The notes beneath the pieces are model-generated. The model was not told where the DNA came from and ran no database searches. It worked only from the letters and a program-made list of their open reading frames with translations. DNA of 64,000 bases from Macrostomum lignano (taxonomy: Eukaryota): NCBI GenBank assembly GCA_002269645.1, contig NIVC01001874.1, positions 163,038 through 227,037 of the forward strand. Direction: 5' to 3'. How positions within the stretch are numbered: the first letter of the stretch is position 1; each line of letters opens with the position of its first letter. Both the position numbers and the translations under genes were made by a program. This document shows positions 55,789 through 64,000 of the stretch, in pieces.

Positions 55789-58700
55789 ATGACTATGGAC
55801 AGCACACAAAACGGGAATACGGAAGAGGAAGTTATCAATGGGAGTGGATCGAATGATCCGGGGTAAGCCCTGTTTTTTCGGTGCAAGCAATTATTTTTAG
55901 TAAAGGGTAATTAACTTCGCTTTTGCCATTTGCAGTACAGCTTTATAACTTTCACTGAAATACACGTACATGTTATCTTTAGTACATCGATAAAAAAACT
56001 TTTCTTTTTCGCATAATTTTTGTTCTTTAGTGCACAAAGTTTGCAAATTCGTTCACTTGGCGCATGTTGTATCAAAATATGACACTAAAATGATGTTGCC
56101 ACTGACTGTAGCTAAGGAATGACGATGTGGCCACTTGCCCTAACTTAAACAACTACACGTATACAACCCGCTGCATCGGGCAGGAGCTGCGAGCAGTTCC
56201 TAGCTAGCTAAGCTAGCTCGTCTTGTAACAGATTTGAGCTGCGATGAGATTTCTGAAATTTCTGAATTCTATATTTGAGTTCTATTTTTACTTGTCTCAG
56301 CTGATCTGATCTAAATGCCCGACTCATTTGCAGGAAAATGTTCATTGGTGGCCTCAGTCCCACTACAGCGCCAGGTCAGTTCCCGATATACTTGAAACAA
56401 TAAATAAATACATTGCTAATCCTCGTTAATCAATCAATTACACTGTTCACTAGAAAGCACTGCTCTTTCTCTTTCAGAAGTATTGCATCAGTATTTCGCC
56501 AAATTCGGGGAGATCAAGGAGTACATGATCATGAAGGATCCCATCTCCAAACGGTCCAGGTAAACATCATGCAAATCGGCTTACAGATGCTCTGCTGAAC
56601 TAGAAATAGATGCAGCATAAAGAGCGGACTGTAGGCTTGCGAGTGCAGTAAAGACTGCATCGGTATGTGCGGCCCTCTGCTGCCTCCCTGTCTCCGCGAT
56701 GCCTCCCGTCTCTTTCGCTCCTTTACTTTTCTCCCCCCAGCAATTCCGCAAGGCCGAAGGGGAAGCTTGGGGCTTGGGGCCGGCGGCGCATTTATGGGAA
56801 AATCGGGCTATAGGGGGGAGCATCGCCTCCTCGCCACCCCCCCCCCCTGACGTCTACCCTCCTGGATCCCTCCTCCCCGACTTTCCCTTCCCTGTTTACC
56901 CCTCTGTGTATATCTGAACCTCCCCTCCGCTCCATCCCAGGTGCTGGCATACCCATAATCCAACATCTCCCCTTAGTCGATAATGCCGCTGCCTCCGGCG
57001 GTCCGCGGGGTTTAGCAGGCAAGAAGAAATGAAGCGTGTACCGAGGCTGGGGCGCTATATACTGTGCCGTCTGAGGAAGACAGAGGGAAAGTGCCATACA
57101 AGGCAGCAGCAGTTCTGGGGGTGGGAGATGTTAACTCGCGCGCCAAAGCTTTCACGATCTGCAGCCGTCTATTAATAGTTTTCCATGTGTCTTTCACTGA
57201 AGGAATGCTTTTGAACTTTATAAGACGAAAAAAATGTCAATAAATAGTGTGACAATGTCGCGGCCATTCCAAAGCAGACTGGCAACTCAACTCCTGTGTG
57301 GTTCTCAATTACTCGAATTATTAATAACTTCCCATTATTTCAGGGGATTTGGTTTCGTCACTTTCTCGGAGCCGAGCTCCGTGGATCGTGTGCTGGAGAG
57401 CGCGCCGCACTTCCTTGAATCGAAAAAGGTAACTCCAGGGGGAGCTGTGGGACGAGTTTGAACTGATATCCTGCTGAATCATGTGTGGGAGTGTCACAGT
57501 TCGCTTGATAACTGCTGAATAAGCTTGGAAAGGAGGTATTGGGGAGTCGAACAAAGGGGAGACACACGTGCACTGCAGAGCTAGGATTGGTGCTGGGGGA
57601 ATTGCACATTGAACCCTGGATTGCTGCTAGCTGATTTAGAGATGAGTACTGGGAGAACGATGTAGATGTTACAGTTTCGGCTCAGGCAGGCAGGCAGACA
57701 GTCAGCTCCGGCCCATATAGCTTTGGATGTTGGCTTATCCCTGCCTTGCATTGCTCCCTCACCGTGTCTTCCCTACGCACCTACCTGCCGTCCCGCTTGT
57801 CCGCATCGTCATAAACCTATATATAAATGAGCCCCTAAGCCAGTTGGAGGAGCAACTTGAAGAGAGTGAAACCCCAGCATGCGATCCTGGCCTCAATAAA
57901 GCGCGGGAGTATGCTTACATCTCCCCAACTTCCCCAAAGCCCATCTCCCATTTTTAGTGCCAGCACGAGTATAGGCGCCCCTGTTTGTGCGTTTCTTCGT
58001 AGTCAGCAGGATTACTCTGCTCAGGGTCCATGAATCACGCTCTACACGGCCCAAGCGTACAAGTCCGCTGCCGGGTTGGAAGACTTAGCAGAGAAAGGCC
58101 TGGGACAGAGAGAGAGAGAGCGAAAGCAGGGGAAGTGAGAGGTGCATTGCCACGATTTCTCCCCCCATCTCATAGCAATTCTGCCCCCGACTCTTCCCAA
58201 GGCGCATGCAGTAATGAGGTGGAAATCCAGCTGATCAATTATTCATACCGTCTCATCGCCCACGCTCAGCCTCGTCTGCACAATTAGGCACTTCGCCCTG
58301 GGCTCCACCCGCTAACCTGATGCTGCAGCCTCATCAACTGCGGCCTCTTCTACGTATTCGTCCTCTCTACCAGCCTCTGATATCATCTATTGTTAGTCCC
58401 GGCCTTTTAAATTACTGTCTGGAAGCGGAGGAGGGCCTGCTAGTTCTCTGACTAAAGCTTCAAAAAATAGATCGGGCGCAGCACTCGACGGCAAAAAGCA
58501 TTCAGCTGAGTTAACGTGTTTTCCAGAAGCATCTGAGCTCTCTGTCTGCCTCTGTGTGCGCACTCTAATTGTTATTTGGCAACAGCTTAATGGCTTGGGT
58601 TAGAAAGAAACGCTTCGGACAGTTACTAAAGACAGGTTCTAAACGGCTGTCTACCGGTTTATACCCGTGTTTACGATGCTGGGCCCTGCTTCTGTGTTTT

Positions 58701-59056
58701 GGCCTGTCAAGTGTCACTTGCAGCCGAATCGGCGGCAGTTGCAGCAGCAATCCAGGGGTCGCCGCCGCCTCTCAACCGCTCCCTGCCCTGTGAAGTAGAG
58801 ATGGACCGGGCGGCCATTCATTCACGCAAGCGTGTGGGTGGGGGTTCACCGCTTGTACTGCTGGATCCATGCGGTATTGAACCGCTTTCCAGCATCAGCT
58901 GCACACTTAGTCCGCATGCCTGCATGTAACTCTGACATCAGCGCTCCAAAGTGCATCATGTTCTTCTTAAACTGACTGCTTATCATTTTTTCTAACCTCG
59001 ATTTGCAGATCGACCCTAAAGTGGCCGTGCCTCGGAAGCCGGGCCAGGGTGCCAAG
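55789..59056 (+). CDS. msi: Musashi-family RNA-binding protein, exons 1-5 (RRM1); RRM2 presumably beyond the right edge
   Basis: Exons 55789-55862, 56334-56374, 56478-56559, 57344-57428 and 59009-59056 (in phase). They give ...[89 protein letters not shown]; DPKVAxPR is Musashi-typical. Missed by the ORF track. Confidence 0.85.
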
Positions 59057-59107
59057 GTGAGCAACCGCAATGATGTCGCGCCTAACTACGAGCTAAATTG
59101 AGGGCCA

Positions 59108-59715
59108 AATAGTCCCAACCGAATAGTCCCAACCGAATAGTCCCAACCGAATAGTCCCAACCGAATATCCCAACCGAATAACCTCAACCGAATAGTCCCA
59201 ATCGAATAATCCCAACCGAATAGTCCCAACCGAATATCCCAACCGAATAGTCCCAACCGAATAGTCCTAACCGAATATCCCAGCCGAATAACCCTAACCG
59301 AATGTTCCAACTGAATATCCCAACCGAATAATCCCAACCGAATAGTCCCAACCGAATATCCCAACCGAATAGTCCCAACCGAATAGTCCCAACCGAATAT
59401 CCCAACCGAATAATCCCAACCGAATAGTCCTAACCGAAATATCCCAACCGAATAGTCCTAACCGAATAATCCCCAACCAAATAATCCCAACCGAATAGTC
59501 CCAACCGAAATATCCCAACCGAATAATCCCAACCGAATAGTCCCAACCGAATAGTCCCAACCGAATAGTCCCAACTGAAATATCCCAACCGAATAATCCT
59601 AACCGAATAATCCCCAACCAAATAATCCCAACCGAATAGTCCCAACTGAATAATCCCAACCGAATAACCCCAACCGAATATTCCAACTGAATAATCCCAA
59701 CCGAATAGTCCCAAC
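59108..59715. repeat. 13-15-bp minisatellite in Musashi intron 5
   Basis: Unit CCCAACCGAATA(GT/T/AT). Confidence 0.94.
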
Positions 59716-59863
59716 GCATCCGAATGCGAAGGTCCTGGGCGCAGTCCGGTAATAAACCAAAGCAAAATAAAGCTACAGGGGGAGAAGAAGTGAGGAGGAG
59801 CTCTCGAATCCCCTTGACCGCCAGAGCCGGTCGTATTTCTCTGCTGCTGCCGGAGTGCAAGAA

Positions 59864-59868
<5 letters not shown>

Positions 59869-59925
<57 letters not shown>
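59869..59925. repeat. (GA)n microsatellite
   Basis: Uninterrupted GA run. Confidence 0.97.
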
Positions 59926-59928
<3 letters not shown>

Positions 59929-61052
59929 CGGGGCGAATTTCTTTAGGGGAGGCAGAATGGACTTGGCGCGCTTGAAGCAGCAGAAAGCTGTGGGGAGCTG
60001 GGCCGAGGCCGAGGCTTTTCTCCCCTTCTCTCTTCTCCCCAAACTAAAATGAAGGGAAGATCTCTCGTCGGCCGGCCGTCTTCCTACTCGAGTTTTCCCT
60101 AGCGCGTTGCCCAAGGATGTTGGGGGAGGCAGCCGAGTCGGGCGCAGATTAAATTAAGAGGAAAAGAGGGACGAGCGGCCTTGTACTCGGGCTTCATCTA
60201 CACTCGCGCGCTGCGTTCTCCATGCAGCCTCCTTCGCTCGCTTTTAAAAGGTTGCTGCTGCCTCTTCAGGGTCTGTTTGAGCCCCTTAGACATCGTAAAG
60301 AAAATCTTATGCGGAGCGTAAGTTTTCTTACTACAACGGCATTTGAGCTTGGAGGCGGCTCGTAAAATGAGTTTAAATACCTTTGAGCCGCTTTCCGCTT
60401 GCAAACACCTTTGGTGCCGGACAAGTGAGCTGTGTGATCATTGCGGCTAGTCCAATTTCGGGGCATCCAATTCCCATCCTCTTTCCCATCCCAGCTTCCC
60501 TTGTCCTTCATTTCCCTCATCTTTCCATCATCCGTCCGGACCCTATACTTTGATCCCCTTATTCCCCGAGCCCGTCTCCAGTGACAGGGGGGGGGGGGGC
60601 ACGGAGGGGGATCGCTGATGCATTCGGACAGGAATCTCCGGCTTTGAGGCAAAGTTGCCCCGCCAGGGAGGGAAAGGGATTTGGGGCGGGGTTAGAGATG
60701 AAGGGGGCGGGCGGCTCAGTCTTCTCACAGTGCTCATTAATTTCGCCTTCTAACCCTTCGCACACGCAGTCCTATCCTACAGCCCTCTTATCTTCAAATC
60801 CCTCTTCTCCTCTGCGGGTGGCGAGTCTCAATCACTGAGAGCATTCCTATATAGTATCATAGGTGCAGACTTCCAAGCCTAGCACTGGGGTGTATACACA
60901 GCACTAATCGTAAGCGTAATTGAGAGATGAATGATTCGGCAAGGCAAGTTCGCAATCAGTTTATATTTATATTTGTTTCCGAGCAGCTCGTCCAGAGAAA
61001 AGTGCAACGATGAGACTGCCAAAGAGTCTGCCAAGCCGCTCTGCTCTCGGCC

Positions 61053-61055
<3 letters not shown>

Positions 61056-61123
<68 letters not shown>

Positions 61124-61140
61124 CTCTCTCTCTCTCTCTC
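61056..61140. repeat. (CT)n microsatellite
   Basis: CT run with one or two interruptions. Confidence 0.97.
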
Positions 61141-61639
61141 CCAATATTGATGGAAAGTTCGGCCACTCAAATCACGCCACAGCGATTGGCTGGCGGCAAG
61201 GGAAGCTGCATGAAATATCCCAGACTGATTCACTTTACTCCATGCTGCCCTCCTCCTGCAGGAGTATTTTTGCTTGGCAATTACCAGGAAGTCGATTCTG
61301 ATCCCATCTCTATCCCTCACTTGAAGCAGGAGAGGCCCCAAGCATTCCCTCCCCCTAGTCTGCCGGTATCAATCGATGCAGAATCTGCATGGCGCGCGCT
61401 ATAAGCTATTGAATCTATTGGGAAAATCTTCTTCTGCTGCTCCTTCTCGTCTTCTTCTTCGTCTTGTTCGCTACGATGACTCGATGCGAGATAATGAGCC
61501 CCTGGTGAGCGCGCAGCTGCCAGACACGCAGGCTGCCCGAAACCTGATTATCTATCAACAGCATTCGTCTGGGCCGCCTAGCAACTCCACTCTCCCGGCT
61601 TCGGCCACCGATTTGTCTGCGCTGAGCAGCGGGGCCTTG

Positions 61640-62480
61640 CAACTCCCCACTCTGCTGCAACTCCCTCCCACTCTGCTGCAACTCCCTCCCCACTCTGCTG
61701 CAACTCCCTCCCCACTCTGCTGCAACTCCCTCCCCCACTCTGCTGCAACTCCCTCCCCCACTCTGCTGCAACTCCCTCCCCCACTCTGCTGCAACTCCCT
61801 CCCCCACTCTGCTGCAACTCCCTCCCCACTCTGCTGCAACTCCCCACTCTGCTGCAACTCCCTCCCCCACTCTGCTGCAACTTTCTCCCCACTCTGCTGC
61901 AACTCCCTCCCCCACTCTGCTGCAACTCCCTCCCCACTCTGCTGCAACTCCCTCCCCCACTCTGCTGCAACTCCCTCCCCACTCTGCTGCAAACTCCCTC
62001 CCCACTCTGCTGCAACTCCCTCCCCACTCTGCTGCAACTCCCTCCCCACTCTGCTGCAACTCCCTCCCCACTCTGCTGCAACTCCCTCCCCACTCTGCTG
62101 CAACTCCCCACTCTGCTGCAACTCCCTCCCCCACTCTGCTGCAACTCCCTCCCCCACTCTGCTGCAACTCCCTCCCCACTCTGCTGCAACTCCCTCCCCC
62201 ACTCTGCTGCAACTCCCTCCCCACTCTGCTGCAACTCCCTCCCCCACTCTGCTGCAACTCCTCCCCCACTCTGCTGCAACTCCCTCCCCCACTCTGCTGC
62301 AACTCCCTCCCCCACTCTGCTGCAACTCCCTCCCCCACTCTGCTGCAACTCCCTCCCCCACTCTGCTGCAACTCCCTCCCCACTCTGCTGCACTCCCTCC
62401 CCCACTCTGCTGCAACTCCCTCCCCCACTCTGCTGCAACTCCCTCCCCCACTCTGCTGCAACTCCCTCCTCACTATGCTG
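61640..62480. repeat. 22-24-bp C-rich minisatellite
   Basis: Unit CCCACTCTGCTGCAACTCCCTC(C)n. Confidence 0.95.
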
Positions 62481-62487
62481 TAACTCC

Positions 62488-62870
62488 CTCCCCACAACTC
62501 TCTCCCACAACTCTCTCCCACAACTCTCTCCCACAACTCTCTCCACAACTCTCTCCCACAACTCTCTCCCACAACTCTCTCCCACAACCTCTCCCACAAC
62601 TCTCTCCCACAACTCTCTCCCACAACTCTCTCCCACAACTCTCTCCCACAACTCTCTCCCACAACTCTCTCCCACAACTCTCTCCCACAACTCTCTCCCA
62701 CAACTCTCTCCCACAACTCTCTCCCACAACTCTCTCCCACAACTCTCTCTCACAAACTCTCTCCCACAACTCTCTCCCACAATCTCTCCCACAACTCTCT
62801 CCCACAACTCTCTCCCACAACTCTCTCCCACAACTCTCTCCACAACTCTCTCCCACAACTCTCTCCCACT
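62488..62870. repeat. 13-bp C-rich minisatellite
   Basis: Unit CCCACAACTCTCT, abutting the 22-24-bp array and sharing CAACTC with it. Confidence 0.94.
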
Positions 62871-62949
62871 CTCCAGCACCCGCAAAGCAGCTGCCCCCCT
62901 CGTCAAGGCCCTCGGACACAAATCAGGACTCGGCCACGAAGCCCCTTGA

Positions 62950-63051
<102 letters not shown>

Positions 63052-63714
63052 TAATTGTCCCTGGGAGCGGAGCCTTCCCAATGTATTTGCCTGGCTAAGT
63101 TCGAACCAATCTAACCGTCCTTCGAACACGATTCGAAGAAGCAATGAGAAGAAGAAGCTGGCGGAGCGCAGACGGAGCGGAGAGAAAGAAACCTTGTCAC
63201 GAAGGGAGGCGGCGGCCCAACTCTCTCTCGCCGCCGGAGCAGCCCCCGGCGACACGATTTCCTAGGAAAATCCTCTCAACTCTCTATTCATCCTCTGTTC
63301 CCGTTTTTTTTCTCATCCCCTTCCTTTCGCGCCCCTCCCCAAACCCAGTCGCCGAAGCCCCTCCTTAGTTGCAGGAGAAAAAGGAAAAAGTTGAGGCCGG
63401 CTGCCCCCTCTTCGCAACCCGAACCCCCCCCCCATCATAATTGGGCCCAGGCCGCTTTCCCGGTTGATCACGACTGCCCGCCGCTGCTGACTCGAGGTTT
63501 AGAGAGGGAGGGAGAGCCGGCCGGGTGAGAGATCCCCAGTTAACCTCTCCTCCCCTCTCCTCCTGGTCGCACGCGAATCTCATCTTATAGCCACAGTCCT
63601 TGGTGCGACCGCTGCCGCCCCCCACCCGGTTCGTGTCCATCCGGCATCGCCGTCTCCCTTCAATCCTAATCGCCTGATTAGGCTTCAGTTTACTGCACGC
63701 CTGGTTTAAAGTGA

Positions 63715-63948
<234 letters not shown>

Positions 63949-64000
63949 TAAATTCCTTTAAAGTTATGGATTCCAACCTCGGCCAGACTTTCCAATGGCT

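Noticed and set aside
60280-60320. Musashi RRM2 exon (KKILCG resembling KKIFVGG)
   Set aside because: Stop codon two codons later and no RNP2 match; RRM2 is probably beyond the window.

Overview
This is eukaryotic, intron-containing metazoan DNA, not prokaryotic. GC-rich exons, short introns mixed with minisatellite-filled introns, and splice acceptors just before start codons fit a free-living flatworm such as Macrostomum lignano (inference, not verified). I reconstructed 11 protein-coding loci by hand with GT-AG boundaries and continuous reading frames. They are DNAJC5/cysteine-string protein (partial), a divergent FATP/SLC27-like gene, an ARM-TIR-SAM protein, ZFAND2B, MGMT, a CLCA-like gene, NUDT16, an eclosion-hormone-like secreted peptide, POLR1C, ACADS and a Musashi-like RRM gene (partial). 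Mobile DNA comprises a full-length but disrupted irritans-type mariner, two copies of a tRNA/CORE-type SINE, five MITEs and a heavily mutated LINE reverse-transcriptase relic. About 20 distinct minisatellite arrays account for all the very long ORFs in the ORF track. The main finding is several sharply bounded blocks in the 5' regions of housekeeping genes where CpG is almost absent. Repeats inside these blocks carry C>T/G>A changes at CpA/TpG as well as CpG, suggesting a regional, RIP-like or methylation-driven hypermutation. Other notable findings: two predicted pseudoenzymes (FATP without its P-loop, CLCA without HExxH), a TIR protein with a rearranged SARM1-like architecture and its catalytic Glu, an EH-like neuropeptide, a C-rich sense-strand bias of the minisatellites, and a candidate ACADS-POLR1C operon split by a 4.6-kb array. 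All counts were made by eye.
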